64,000 bases of DNA from Marsupella aquatica (lineage: Eukaryota > Plantae > Marchantiophyta), in the NCBI GenBank assembly GCA_973895155.1, contig OZ316892.1, positions 5,860,476 to 5,924,475 on the forward strand. Reading direction: 5' to 3'. Position numbers and translations under genes: made by a program. Positions within the stretch are counted from its first letter, which is position 1. Each line of letters starts with the position of its first letter. The notes beneath the pieces are model-generated. The model saw only the letters and a list, made by a program, of their open reading frames with translations, searched no databases and was not told where the DNA came from. Positions 1 to 13,547 of this stretch are shown piece after piece.

Positions 1-479
1 AGTTTTTCTAACAAAGGGACATCAAAGACAGTCGAGCGGAACATGGTCAAACTGGGTTAGGAAAGTGTCCTGTTCTTCAATTTGGTGCAAGACACATCAG
101 GAGGACGCTGAACTTAAATGAAGTCTGGGAGAAATGTTTCCACTCCGTGAGTCATTTATGTATTGTGGAGCATATTTGTACAGTCACATTTTTGTAATCA
201 CTACTCCTGAATGATTATGAAATTGCCTTCAGTGTAGATTGCATTGCCTAAAAGTTTATGACGAGGACTGAGTTAGGCTTAGAACCATCCCTCATTATTC
301 AAGCTGACCTGACTGTTGTTAACACTCTCAGACGATGAGTAATGGAGGATTCTTTTAAAACCCATGTTTGTGGCTTTACCTCTTAAGCCACAAGAGAATA
401 AAGCCACATCTCTTAAAATGATTTCTCAGATGTGGCTTTTCTCATGTTTGTGGCTTTATTTCTCAGGCCATGAAATCAT

Positions 480-1610
480 TTCATGGCGTGTACTCCGATT
501 TATCAACTTTCTGTACTTATTATTTCTTTCCAAATTCCCTCTGGACGGTGAAAGAAGTACCAGCTAATATAATGAGATTGAAGACCAGAATTCTGAATCC
601 TCCGTGTTGCCTAGTTACTTCATGAATACGATATCAGCTAAATCTTGTGCGTCAATTTCTAGTTGCCCTTGCTAGGGCAAGAATCACTCTCTGGTCTCCC
701 ATAACGATTTTGTTTTCCACAGAGTCATTAGCTTCCGATCCCTTCCCAACCGGGAGTCTCTACAAATCATCTACTATCTGCCCCCGAACACAAGGCCTTG
801 TTTAAGGTGAGCACATTGCCAGCTTACTCAAGTCTGAATCTCAACCTCACGGCATGGCATTTTGATGGAGCTAGGTGGTTTTTAGAGACGAAAGCTCAAA
901 ACTGACGACATTTGCCGGGCGAGCATGTTCGCTAAAGATTTATTGAGCTGAAGTCCGTCTACCAGCTTTAGACACATGACGACCTGATTTAACAACCAAT
1001 CTGTCAAGGTTCAGCAGTTGAATGTACGTGGCGAAGGAGAAATTTGGAACATACTAGACTGCTGTTTTATGCCCCCAAAATAAGCAATTTGTTTGACTCT
1101 TCGTGAACTCCAGATGTTGAAGAGCGCAAATGCAGAGACGAATGTATTTTGTGTATAACAACCTATGCTTAGTCTTCTGCGGTGAGATTATCTGCCAACA
1201 CCTTCATTCTCGAAACCGGCTTCAATATTAAAAGTCAAAACTTGGCCTCTGGATTCATGATAGCTGATCGCTCCTTTCCAATCTTGTAAACTTCGAAGCC
1301 TTCCTGAATGACGTAGACTACAATTGAATTGTGGTCTCCTGATTGTCAATAGATGCTAACAAAACAGGATGCAACCCCCAAAGGTTCCAGTTCTTTTCTC
1401 TGACTTGTTTTCTCTATCCTCTCAGTCTGGGATTTGACACCTTTGATGTTGAGGTTGGCAAGCCTCGAAGCTTTCCATGTGAACACTATTTATGGGTGAA
1501 GTAGATCGAAATGAAAATTTTAATATTGAATGAAGTCACTCAAAGGCTATCTGAAAGGAACAAAGTAGGAAACCTACCTTAGGTTGAATATGGAAGGCCC
1601 TTACCAGGGC
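480..1610 (+). pseudogene. Highly degenerate hAT (ZNF862-like) transposase remnant
   Basis: Scattered motifs occur in hAT order across broken frames: FVFHR (~710; cf. HCxAHR), GARW (~868; cf. TRW) and HVNT..SRS then YLRLNMEGP (~1476-1601; cf. PVxTAxCERxFS...LMRISIEGP dimerisation region). Many stops and frameshifts. Confidence 0.35.
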
Positions 1611-3398
1611 ATTATGGGAATAAGTTATCGAGACTGGGGGCAAGGGGCTTGATTCCCTGGATACACAAATTCCCTGACAGAAACCTTGAGAGATTATGGG
1701 AAAATGAAAAAAAAGCTTGCCACAAAGTCAACCCCCCAAGACCACGCTTTGTAATTTAGTCATTTGTCCCACTATTTACGCAAAAATTGTTGCAAACACA
1801 AATGTGGCAGTTATTTTCATTCACAAAAATGTATAATCATGTTTGTCGCAGATTATGGTGACATGGCGGATTGTGGTGCCTTGAATTTTGCATAGGACCC
1901 CTCATGTGTACATAACCAAAAACAGAAAATCTATTAAACTTGTAATTATAAAAGACTTCAGCATTTTGGAATTTTTATATACCTTCAAACACACAAAAAA
2001 TAACATTTACTGTGTAACATCTTTTGGAGCCAAATCTGGTCAATCTTGAGAAATATTAATCCATCACTTGCCCCCAATAACTGGAATTATCTTAAAAGTG
2101 GATATGTGTGATATGCACTTGCAGATTCAAAGCATGATTTTGAGTATGAAAAACACCTCTAATTGTTCTAGAAGTTGTTGAAATAAAACAGTAAACCACG
2201 TAAAAGTTACCATCAACCAGTCTCCAAAAAACACATTATTTAACTTAAACCTGATCACTTCCTCCAAGGTTGACTATCAAAAATATTATGAACCACGTGT
2301 GATCCTAAAATAGGTATTTTTGATAGAAAATTCATAACAATAATTTTTAAATGCATAGGAAGCAAAGAAAGATATTATAAATTATTCATGTTTATAGAAT
2401 ATTAAGTTCCAATATATAACTTCTATAAAGTAAAATAAGTTATTAATATCTGAAAAACAATATTCTTGGAAAATATTTTCATAAAATAATTTTATTTATA
2501 TTAGGCTAGGATCACACATGACACTAACCCCAAAGTATGCATTTAGTTAACCCACCGCTACCACTTCCAAGTCCCAACATGCAATATTGAATCTCAACTT
2601 GGATCCCATGATCCTTTTCCATATTCAAACACTCAACGTAAAGGGTGCAAGGGCATTGAACCTTGATTTTCTAGTTTGAACACCATTATCCATGCTTCTA
2701 TTTTTGCATTAAGTCCCAAACTGCAAATGCATAATTGAATACCAAATTCAACCCAGAACTTATAAGTATCCACTTTCATTTTCAAGTATCAAATTGAGGG
2801 GTGTGGATCATGTCAAACCTTGAATCTTCAATTTGAGTAGATTGGATCATGGATTCCATTTTTCTCTAATTTCAAACACAGTTGTATCATCAAACCATGA
2901 GATTTGTGTGAGCTTACAACTTTTGTGGGAACTTCTCTCACCTATTTTGTTCTCATTTCACCTACTTTGTTAGGGCAAATGTGTTATGCAAAATTGAATA
3001 CCAAATTGAACCGGATTTTTTGTTAGGGCATAACACATTGACTGGTTTGGCTGAAACTCCTTTTGAGCAATATTAATTGTAAGCAATTAGGCTTCATAAC
3101 ACTTGAAGGAGACAAGACCTGGAAACCAAAGGGGGTACAAACTAGTTTTTGCAATTGGACTCTTGTCTAGGACCTTGGAGCCAACTTGGTATTCCTAAGT
3201 TTGAATTGATTTCTTTCCTATCTAATCCCCTAAAATCAAAGGTCAAATCAAAATGTGGAATCACAAATCCAATTTTAGATTCCTAAGCCCCATCCTAAGC
3301 CCAGAGCGATATCCTTCCTATCTAGATTCCAAAATTTAGAGGTTCAATCCAAAAGTGGATCCAACTTCACATTCATAAGCATGAATGGGTATAATAAT

Positions 3399-3687
3399 CT
3401 TGACAGCAAACAGCAAATAGTTACTCGTACCGGCAACGAGTGACAATTTTTTGGATATTTTTTTTGAAATTTGTTTTTGGAAAAAGAAATTATTGTTTTT
3501 TTGTATAGTCAATATTTTTTGGCTAGCCCGGAGCTAGTAATATTTAGTATTGCCTGACACTAGAAAAACATTGTTCTATTTTAAATTATTTTGACAACTG
3601 TGACTTTTACTGACACATTTTAGATTGTTTGTTTTGCTGGCAACAAAAAATATTTTGTTCATAACAATAAATCTGTTTGCTGTCATG
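3399..3687. mobile_element. MITE-like element with 13-15 bp terminal inverted repeats
   Basis: TGACAGCAAACAG (3401-3413) and its exact reverse complement CTGTTTGCTGTCA (3673-3685) flank an AT-rich ~260 bp core. No TSD seen. Confidence 0.4.
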
Positions 3688-5550
3688 GACAGGTGAAAAT
3701 CCTCAACATGAATTGTGCAAGTGAATATACTCTAGAATCGGACTCACGAAGGCTTGGGCTCTATTCTTCTTCATGCTAACAATCATAGTTACTTTCTAGT
3801 CATAGTAGGACAGTTAAATGTAACTGTAGTAGAGCATCAACCCCGACATCAACTTAATAGTCTCATGGGTTGAGTAACTTGGGGACTTTTGCCAGCTTTA
3901 CTCATTTTGGGTGGCCAAAAAGTGAGAGGAATGCAAATATGGATGAGTTGTATGTGTTTTCATATTTAGTTAATTGAATGACAATGGATTAGGTATGGAG
4001 CACTTTAGCCATGACGGCTTCAGTTGTCATTTGTACATGGAATGGAGTTTGGTAGTGATTTATTAGATGTTCTCTTTCCGTCTTGGTATTTGCTGGATTA
4101 CATTTTCAACTTGGGGGTTTCACTTTCCAAAAATGGCACATCACGTGAAACGAAAGATAGGGTCATTTTATTGGTTTGAAGGGAATACTTAAGAATTTTC
4201 TCAAAAGAACAATAGGGTATTTTAAATTCAATTTTGAGATTTATAGATCGTTAAGGTCCTTCTAACCAATTTTTTTGAATATTCCAAGAATATTTCAACT
4301 TTATAGGGGCTGATTTAAAAAAAATCTTACATTTTGGGAAGTCCAAGGCCTAAAAACGTTGCAGGTGATGGGGAGGCCTCCATATAGTGAGACCCCCAAG
4401 ATTTTCAATTTATTAAGTACAGTTATATCTTCCATTATGCCTTTTTTATAGAAAGGTTAACACCCTTGCGGGCCTCACTCTAGGGCTGGGGTGTGTTGTA
4501 TCACCCACTATGTTTTTGGATAATTAACATCCTAAACAAGATTTATTGTTATTTCTTACCCCTACATTTTGAATAGTCCAGAAATATTCCAATAAAATTC
4601 CCATCTTTGAATTCTCATTATGCTCAAGATTGTATTTTGAAATCCCTAAATTTCCCCTTAATATTATTATTAAAGTCTTATACTAACCCAACAAAAAACT
4701 CTATAGCTATTTGCATTTGATGAGTCAGAAGAAAATAAGTGACGACCTCTGGTTTACACCTCCATTATATGCATCCACTTTGTCATTTTTCTTTTCCTCT
4801 CTCGTTTGTTGTACATTTTGTGAACTTGATGTCTTGGCCTCATGTTAACACTGTGTTTATGCTATGATGCTAGACTACATGACACAGTGCCCCTAAGTCC
4901 CCTCCCAAACAGACTGCGTACATACCCAAAGGGGTTCATTGACACTAGAAGCACTGGGTTGGGTGTGTGGTTTAAGCTGCGATCATGCTAGTCTTGTAAA
5001 GTACACCCAATGAACCAGATTGTGGAGAATTTTGTGGGATACACCTTGAGTTCTCTTCCATTGAACCAATCATTGAGTACAATAGGCTTGTTCTTTTCCT
5101 CCAAACATATTTTTCATTCAAAATAATAGAAACTCAGAAAGCATGCAGCATGAAAGAGACTCAAAGACTCTCCTCACTTGGGTCATGGCAAAGGCAACCA
5201 AGAGCTGAGCATTTCGATCAGCACTCCGGACCCTGTGAATCCAAAGCAGGCGGCACATAGACTAACCTATGAAGGGACCAGAAGGGGGATTTGGAGAGAC
5301 TGAGCATGATGCCAGTGAGTACATTTGTAGCTTTTGGGCGGGCTTTTGGGAGCAACCAGCTCAATAGAATGTGTTCCACTCCCTGTGTTATTCATGGTTG
5401 GTTAGAAGTGAGTCCAACACATATTTTCCAGCAAGCCTGAAATCTCAACTTTGTACACTTTAGATAATTAATGACCTCGGAGGGGGTTACTAGTCTGTGA
5501 AGTTTGCTCTATGGGTAGTGAGTGAGTTTGCTCTTTAAGAAGCACTACTA

Positions 5551-6319
5551 TTTTTTTTATTAAAATTCTCTGAAGTTTGAAAAACATTTATAAATTATTC
5601 CTCGTATACCCCACGAATGAGGGGAAACCAAACAGGCCGCAAGCAAATAAATAAAGGAAAATGGTTGGAGCAAGCACTCCACCAAACAAAAGCAACAACC
5701 ACAAAAGCAACCACCCCATCAACTACATTAAAAATGAAAGCCAGAAGGGCCCCAGCACCATCAGCCATCTTGGCCCAAAATACAGCAAGAGTTACCCTTG
5801 CCAAGCTAGCCACACTAATCTTTCAGCCATGATGTGCTCCCGGGCCCTGAGAAGCCAGGAGAGATCAACGATAGACATCCAAACAGATCTTGTTAGCATC
5901 CCACCTCAGCATCGCAGAGTTCCCCAACGGCCTGAACACCCAATTTCCGCACAGCTTGGTCACAGTAGAAAATATTCTCATTGGGGAGAGACTGAAAGCC
6001 TCTCGCGCATTGCAGCAAATCCTGAATTGACCACTGCCCAGGGAAACCATAGGATCAGGACAAAGGACACAGATACCCTGAGATGTATCCAAGGCTTCCA
6101 CAGTCCCCTAGTATACTGTAAGCAACCCACTGACAGACCTGGGGAAACAAGGCAACAACTTGTCCTCAGATGAGTAGAGACTTCTTCTCAATGCCTTGTA
6201 ATTCATTGAGCCAGCATGCAAGCTTCAAGTGGCATCCAGCAGTTTAGCCCATTCCGATTTGGGATCATCATGAGCTTTAGTAAACCATTGACATAAGAGC
6301 GCACCAGAGTGACTACAAA
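5551..6319 (-). mobile_element. 5'-truncated L1-type LINE fragment (ORF2 C-terminus, 3'UTR and poly-A)
   Basis: Minus-strand peptides ALLCQWFTKAHDDPKSEWAKLL (L1 ORF2 ALLxKW motif) and GICVLCP (zf-RVT-like CxxC). T-run 5551-5558 is the poly-A tail. Probable TSD AAGCACT[A/T]CTA at 5540-5550 and 6320-6330. Confidence 0.6.
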
Positions 6320-7234
6320 AAGCACTTCTAATTTTTTGATGTGCAAGTTTTGGAATGTGAAACCCCATAGACCACAAGGTTGGTTTTTGAAACACTCGTG
6401 GACCACAATTGCCCAAATTTGAGTTTAATTGTAATAACTTGATATTCTTGAATATTTTTCAGTTTTGGGGATATGCTAGAAGAGTAGGCAAGCTAGGCTT
6501 ACACTAAACTGATTGAATCGTTGGCCATTCTGGTTGAGTTCATTGTCACAAAATGATGTATGAAATATATCATAGGCTTATGTTTGTTTATGTCTCCTCC
6601 TTCTCAAAACGAAAAATTATTTTAGTACTACTAATCCTCAAGTTATGGTTCCCTATGGGCGGGCCTATGGGTGGTCCACTTCAGTTTCGCAAATTTTGAC
6701 TATTGTGCTCAGGATTTTGAATTATGGTGGTCCACTTTTCAGTTTCGTAAATTTCGACCCTGACCCTTTAGTTTTTTAAAATTAACTTAAATGTGTGTCA
6801 GACTATTTGACTTCTGATCATAATTAGTATAGGTGAGTACTTGACATCAGACATCTCGTAGTGAGAATCGATGACGGAGTTTGGTAGGCCATTGATGTGA
6901 AGTCAGACCCTCCTACCAGGCTACTTAATAAGCTCCCCTTCGTCAATCGATCTCGCACTTTCGCATCAGTCTCTCCTTTTTGTATCGAGTTTCTCTTGGT
7001 TTTGCGCATTTGCAGTTTAATTGTAACTCTACTCTGCGATGATGGCAGGAAGCAAAACCTCAGCTGGATATCTGCTGGGCACTTTGGTGCTCATTTGTGT
7101 TTGGTCATCAAGTGCCAGAACTTCCGTAGCGATCGTTGCTTTTTCCCCACGCACCTTCAGTGCTCGATGTGAAAGCATTTCCGTTGAAACTGTCGTCAAA
7201 GACTAGGAGTGCTTGTATCTGGCGCGCCCAGAAC

Positions 7235-7337
7235 GGCGTCCAATTCAACCTACCATGCAAAGATTTACTTTTCCAGATAACTCAAGGGGGCGTCCAACCT
7301 ACCATGCAAAGTTTTACTTTTCCAGATGATCCAAGGG
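7235..7337. repeat. Local tandem duplication (~50 bp x2)
   Basis: GGCGTCCAA..CCTACCATGCAAAG.TTTACTTTTCCAGAT.A..CAAGGG occurs twice. Confidence 0.8.
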
Positions 7338-7989
7338 TCACAAGAATCAACTGCCATGATTTCGGACAGACTCGGGTGCTCCAGAACATCAAGACTTCGA
7401 TGTCTATGCAACTGGGTCTTTTTGCCCGACTGGCAACTCCTTCACATGGTACGTTCAACCGGATGGGTTCTATTTTCAATCCCGTTTTCAATACGGCAGC
7501 ACTGAAGCGGTACAATCCCTCTTCGACTGGATTCCGGGTGATTCTCCTCTCTAAGTGATCGTCCAATCCATCTTACATGAATCATGGTGCAGGTGAGAAA
7601 ACTGTACGTGGAGACCCTGAATTTTATTTCTTTTGCCTGATTACTGATTACTAATTGCCTCGTTTTCTCACAAATGCTTTCCAGTTGCTCAATACATTTA
7701 AGGACCAACATAACAGTCCTTTTAAAAAGTCATTTGTATTCAGAAGCCCGTCATAACTGCATGTTGTTTGTAATTTCCTTCCATTGACCTTAATGTTGAC
7801 GGATAATTCCATTGTTATTGTTGACGGATTTGCAGCTAGTTACTAGTGTTTTGATGTCGCCAGCTTTCGAAACACTGGCGGCTGGGAACTAGTGTTTCGA
7901 TATTTCCAGCTTTCGGGTGGCGATCCCTAGATCTAACGACTCGGGCGTGATGGTGGACAGATTTATGATAGAGAGATACCGGTGGAGGT

Positions 7990-9270
7990 TGCTGGCCACA
8001 GGTACCTTCGTAAACAGCACAAGCTCCGTGATGCATATATATTTGCCAGTTTTTACGATAGTGGGTAGGATGAGTAGAGACTCACTGAGCCTTATGGAAG
8101 GAGTGAGCCCAATGCGCGTTGTGGGAACCCGTTGTACAAGGAAAATTGCATCTGATAGAGCGGTTTCGATAGTTGATGTAAAATAATACCCAGCTTTTTG
8201 CTTTATTCCACCAGTACGGCGATGCGTCCCGTCATGTTTCGAAGCCTGTAACTCTGTCTCATCTCATGAAATTGCGAATGTAGTTCTAGTCCATCACCTT
8301 CAATAACAGACGTAACGTCCGGGGAGATGGGAGTGAACATATCTTCCTTCAAGAACATGTGTTGGTCACAAGAGCAAAGAGATGATGCGAGAGATACCGA
8401 AGTGCTGCATTTCCTGTCTGGAGCTGTTTCCTGGTCACAATAACGGTGGTTCTCATTTTGGTTCTCATCCTACAATATGCGCCATCCTATCGTAGAACTC
8501 ACAGAAGGAAGAAAAGCAGTCTGTTTTCGGAACTGACAGAAGGCAGAAAAGCAGTCTGTTCTCGGTGTTGTCAGCTTTAACGGTGTTTGCTTGTGGCTCT
8601 AAATTTCATCTGGATGGTGAATGCGCAATCGCATATCGTAGTGATCTTTGTCGAGGTATCATCCATCCGGAAGGAACGGCGATTCTAGCCTTATGGAAAC
8701 CTGGCAACCTCCAAACGGTTGCTAAATTGCTGTACAAGCACGTCAAACGAAAGCCCCAAGTATTCTCAAGTATTCTCGATCAAGTTGCGCAGGTATAAAC
8801 ATGGCAGACGAAAGCCGCAACAATTTTCGATCAAATCATGTTGTATGAACGCGAAGATTCTCGATTTCGGAGATGTTGTCTACGCTTCCAAACTGTTAGG
8901 TGAATTGTTTTTGTAAACTTGAACATCAGAATTCATTCTGAGCATTTTCCAATTTACATAGACAGTTCTGTTTGCGAGGAAGATTAGACCCCAATGATTT
9001 ATTTATGTCCAACTGAAACTGTCAAAAAATTTCAATTCGCAGCAAATATGTGAGCAGAACTTCAATTCGCAGCAATTATTGTGAACAAAACCTGCAATTA
9101 CCTGTCTTTAGTGAGAACATCTATCTATGTAGGTTCTGACTAGCCAACCCTTGTCCACTACCAAGCTTCTTGCACAAAATCCTAGAATCTCACAGTTGAT
9201 ACATTTGATATCTAAGGAAAAACTATTAAGGCCGTCAAATGCTTTGATATCGCTTGAAATCACCTCACGG
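7990..9270 (-). pseudogene. Degenerate Ulp1-like (C48 peptidase) coding remnants, possibly two tandem domains
   Basis: Minus-strand NHWGLIFLANRTVYV (~8999-8955; catalytic His motif HWxL) is followed ~50 codons later by QHD..NC/AAFVCHVY (~8843-8795, frameshifted; cf. QxNxxDCGVFVC). A second similar set reads KSWVLFYINYRNRSI (~8198-8153) ... TCGQQP (~8005-7990). Confidence 0.45.
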
Positions 9271-9324
9271 TAGAGTAAAGTTTAGAAGTGTTTTCAGCCT
9301 ATTATAGCAGTTGGCGCAGCTAGT

Positions 9325-11454
9325 TCACACATAAGTAAGAGTTTTCCTTGTCCGACATTCTCTAATCGGACGAGCTTTGGTCATCGGTGGAGGAGTTCCG
9401 GGGCTACCCACTCTTCCCATTCCAGTTTTGCGGACCACTGAATTATTGCCTTCTGCAATTTCTTTCTCGACACTTTTGTCACTAGGGGCACAACTGAGAG
9501 TCGTCCTTGTCCGACATCCTCTCACCGGACGAGCTTCGGTCACCGGTGGAAGAGTTCCAGAGCTACGGAGTCTTCCGAGTCCAGTTTCGAGGACCACAAG
9601 ATCGTTGCTGTCTGCACTTTGTTTATCGACACATATTTCACTACGCGTAGACGTGACAACACTCCTATTTAGGCTTTCTCCCACAGCACCTGAACGAGCT
9701 CTGGTCATAATCGAATAAGAAGATCCAGGTCCGTCTACTCTACGCCGTCGAGCTGCGCGAATCACGCCACTGCTGGCGACTGGACCTTGTTGACCCCCCT
9801 GGCTTTCATTCACGACAGCGGCGGATGACAAACTCAACTTCTCTGTTCTCTCCGCAGGTTTCTTGGGACACTCAGCTGCTGGTTGGGGCTCTGTGGCATC
9901 AGCGCTCGGAAGACTAGAAACCACTACCTCCTCTTCGCTGTCCGTCAATACTATGAGAATCTCTTTCTGAGTTCCTGGAGTACTGGGCGAGCTCAGAGAC
10001 CTGTTCGGCTGCGCGAAACGCGCACAGATCTGATGATATTCGGCCATACTGTCCTTCACTTCAGGTTCGACTCGACCCCTTTTGTCTCCCCGATACCGAC
10101 GGAGGTTTGAGAATTTAGCCTGCATAAATGTACATCCCACGGGATGAGGTGAGCTTAAAAGCAATGGCATCGACTCGTGATGCTGACACGAGTTAATTAC
10201 TCAAATTCCCACTGTCAGACCTATCGAGTAGACCTATTGACGGCCACCATTCAAGACGCTCTCCGGCAATTCGTTACTGCGTTACCATTCTACAGACAGT
10301 ATAAACACAGCTTCCGAGTACAGTAGTGTACTTTGTCGAGGTTAGGAGAAATCCTGGCATTGACATCTAGTTGCAACACTACAACAGAAATCAAATCAAT
10401 GGAAACTTCCTCCAAAAATTGCGCATCACAAAGTGGGCGCTACTGCTTTTTGGTCGAGCACAATTCAATCCATCGACTACGTCAAAGCGCGCGCATTTAT
10501 CGATTGTGACGCGGTCAGAGCCTCGAAAGGATCGAGTACGCAGAACAATGAGCATCCAGTACACAGAACAATGACCTTTGCATGGACCTTTCTAATGATA
10601 TTTTCGTGAGTATTGCAACATTGCAACATCCTGTGCAGACGAAGGTCAAAGATTTCTGTAGGCTGTACCTGAGTTCGGATGCCCTCTACACAAGACAGCG
10701 GCATGGGTTAATAATATATAAGGGGACCGTAAAAGGGTTATTGTAAAGAAGAATGAAGCACCTTGCAGCTCTGTGCCAACTGCTCCAGCTCCACACCGTA
10801 AGGGTTGGATACTTGGGAAGCCACAAGTTCCCAGTTCTCGATTCGTGTCCCGATCGTCATCTTTCTGCTGCGCACGAACGCCTTAATTTCGTCGAGCAGC
10901 TCCAACGTAGTTTGCAGGCTCCACCTGTTCTCATTGTTTTTGGCTTTGGCTTTTAGGGGGCCAAAGACAGGCAGTCGTCCCCTATTGCTGTTCCCGCTCC
11001 GAGTCGGAATGACGGGAAGCTCCTGGGGCTTTGACTTAACCTCCTACAGTGCAACAAATTATGTAAACCAACAGAAATTCACACGATCAACCTACGCACA
11101 ACTTCATGCAGAAAGAATTCAGGCACGATTAATTTACGTCAAAAATCGAGAAATGCCCGTGGAAACATGAATGTGTAGCACGTCTTCGAACACTGATCTA
11201 CCAACATCAGAATTGGAGAGTCTCGATCTCTCGCCTCTCTATCTCGCATGACAGAAAGAGGGCTCAATTAGGAAAGGATTGTAGATAGATTATCATACCG
11301 TGTAATCAGGGTTCTTTCGCTTGAATCGTTCGAGGCCTGCCAAACGCCTCCGCTCCATGTCTGTGGGAGGTTCCCATTGTGACGAATTACATTCGTCCAT
11401 CTTTGCGACCAATCGTGCCTTGCCTTCACGACCTGTTTTGCGACGCTTCGTCAT
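9325..11454 (-). CDS. Trihelix/Myb-SANT-like DNA-binding protein, 3 exons (11454-11299, 11043-10762, 10119-9325), ~410 aa
   Basis: Two phase-0 GT-AG introns join open exons to give RWSLQTTLELLDEIKAF..ENWELVASQV..AQSCK|AKFSNLRRY, the W..ET..LL / W..VA / CK.KF.NL.R.Y trihelix pattern split across exons 2 and 3. Basic N-terminus MTKRRKT is NLS-like. Confidence 0.7.
9346..9597 (-). repeat. In-frame internal repeat (159-nt period, 53 aa) in the trihelix gene
   Basis: VVLETGLGRLRSSGTLPPVTEARPVRGCRTR versus VVRKTGMGRVGSPGTPPPMTKARPIRECRTR. Confidence 0.85.
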
Positions 11455-11827
11455 AGCACACGTCAATGGAAGCTAACAATCGACGAAAACTAGAAGTCAG
11501 TTCGTAATACCAAAGCCAAGTTCAAATACAATTTGTGCTTCTTGCCCGACGACCAAAGCCGCTCATGCGATTGTCAACCACTTGAGAAGCCTGTTCGTGG
11601 GTCGGGCCGAATTCAATCCCGTCTGCTCATTCATGGAAAGGCTTTCTTTCGAAAGCTGCGTAGAGAAATGAATTGCGGATTCGCGGGAGTATACTCATCA
11701 CAAGGCAAGCAATGGCGGCGACATTACTCAATGTATTAAGTCCAGAAGAATCCAGATAGAATCCAGATGTATTCTTGCTGCGCTGTACAGAGAGCCCAAA
11801 GCTGTGAGGCATGCCAAACTGGCGTCC

Positions 11828-11984
11828 AACCTTTTCTCCTTGGAAGCTGACTCACCCTAACAAGGAGTCTCACTCTCGAAACCTTTTCTCCTTGGAAGCT
11901 GACTCACCCTAATAGGCAGTCTCACATTCGAAACCTTTTCTCCTTGGAACCTGCCTCACCCTAAGAGGGAATCTCAAATTTGAA
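11828..11984. repeat. 52-bp tandem repeat x3 upstream of the trihelix gene
   Basis: AACCTTTTCTCCTTGGAAGCTGACTCACCCTAA... starts at 11828, 11880 and 11932. Confidence 0.9.
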
Positions 11985-13547
11985 GTGCAACAGAAAGATC
12001 GGCAGCCCCCAAGTGTGAGTGGCAGACCTTGCTTGATCACAAGTGCTAGAACAATTTTTTGCGAGTCAGTATGTCACTTTAGTTCAAGGAAAACATGATT
12101 GGCGGTGACTGGAGCCAAAACCTACTTAGAGACTTGAAACACACCAATGACTTGGAATATTAACACGGAATGAGCTCATGTTACCCGAGTCAAACAACAG
12201 TATGCAGTTGCTCCTTGGAAGTGTGACTGACATCAGAGTTTTGGCCCAATAATTCCATCCAGACCTGCCCAATATTTTTTTGCTGAATAGTCTGTGAGAT
12301 TTGAGATGCCCAACTGAGAAGCCTCAATGGATCATAACATTTGATAAACAATTAGAATAAACATAAATTAAAAATTTAGAAAAGGCTTAAAATATTTTGT
12401 ACAAAATGGATGAAATTAGTTATTTTTAAGTGGATTCAGCACATAGCAAAATTTGATTCTCTCAAGTGATTGGTAGAAAGAGTCATGTTATAGGTTTTTA
12501 TAGCAATGAGAATTTTGACTATATGTACACGGTATTCTAATTCTAAGTTTTCTTCTTTGGTAGGAGGTCTATAGTAATAACAATTAAGTATCAATTATTT
12601 GTTACTTGGTAGAACAAATAGTGGAAACAATTGAACATATTTGTCTATGTTGAGTTGATTACAATATATATTTATATATATAGACATTAAAGTATCACAA
12701 GTATTGTAAACAAAGATGTGTGGTTAAATAGAATAGTAGTATTTACTACCGGTGGTTGAAAATAGTTGTTCTTCCAATTTGTTAGTGGTGTTATTATTGA
12801 AATAGATATCTTGAAGAATGTTGATGTCTTTCCAAATGTGATTTTGATAATCAAAGTAGTGTCACATAAATTGAAAGTAATTCGCCATGTATCACTCCTC
12901 CAAAAAAATTTGTATCTTGATTTCTATCTCAAAAAGTATTATTGCAACCAAATTGAATAATGTAGGGCCCTTAGAGTTGGAATTGATTTGCACTTTGGGC
13001 ATTCTTTTTGATTCTCAAATTAAACTTCATAGATATTTTGATAATTTTTGTAAAGTCTTAATAATGTGAAATGTGAGTTGTAATTTATAGAATACTATTG
13101 AATGTTATAAATTTTGATGTCCATGGAATGATTCTTTTAAAATATGGAATTGGTGGAAATTTATTCCAATAACCCTGATAATTTAGTGTTCTGACTTGTA
13201 AGGTCATATTGTTTGAGAACGATGGACGCAGTTTTGGAGCTAAAAGCAATACAAGCATTGTACATTTGGGTGTTGAGAATTTTACGGGGAATTTTAACAT
13301 TCCAATGGTTGTTTATACAAGAGAGAATCAAAGTATATTGTAGCCCGTGAGAATTTAGGATCAGATGTGTGAATGGAGGCATAAGAACAAGCATTGCACC
13401 AAATAAAAAAATACTTTGCTTATTCCTTCCATTAATGATAAACAAGAAGAAATAAGTGCGCTTCACTTTATCCAAAACCCTAACCCTTATGCATCCTTAA
13501 ACATTATAAACAAAATTTGCACCTAAATAGTTACCCTTTACTCCAAG

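Noticed and set aside
4900-5460. Gypsy integrase C-terminal motifs (SGPF, NGRELKVY) on the minus strand
   Set aside because: Spacing is inconsistent with the GPY/F module and no other pol motifs are present.
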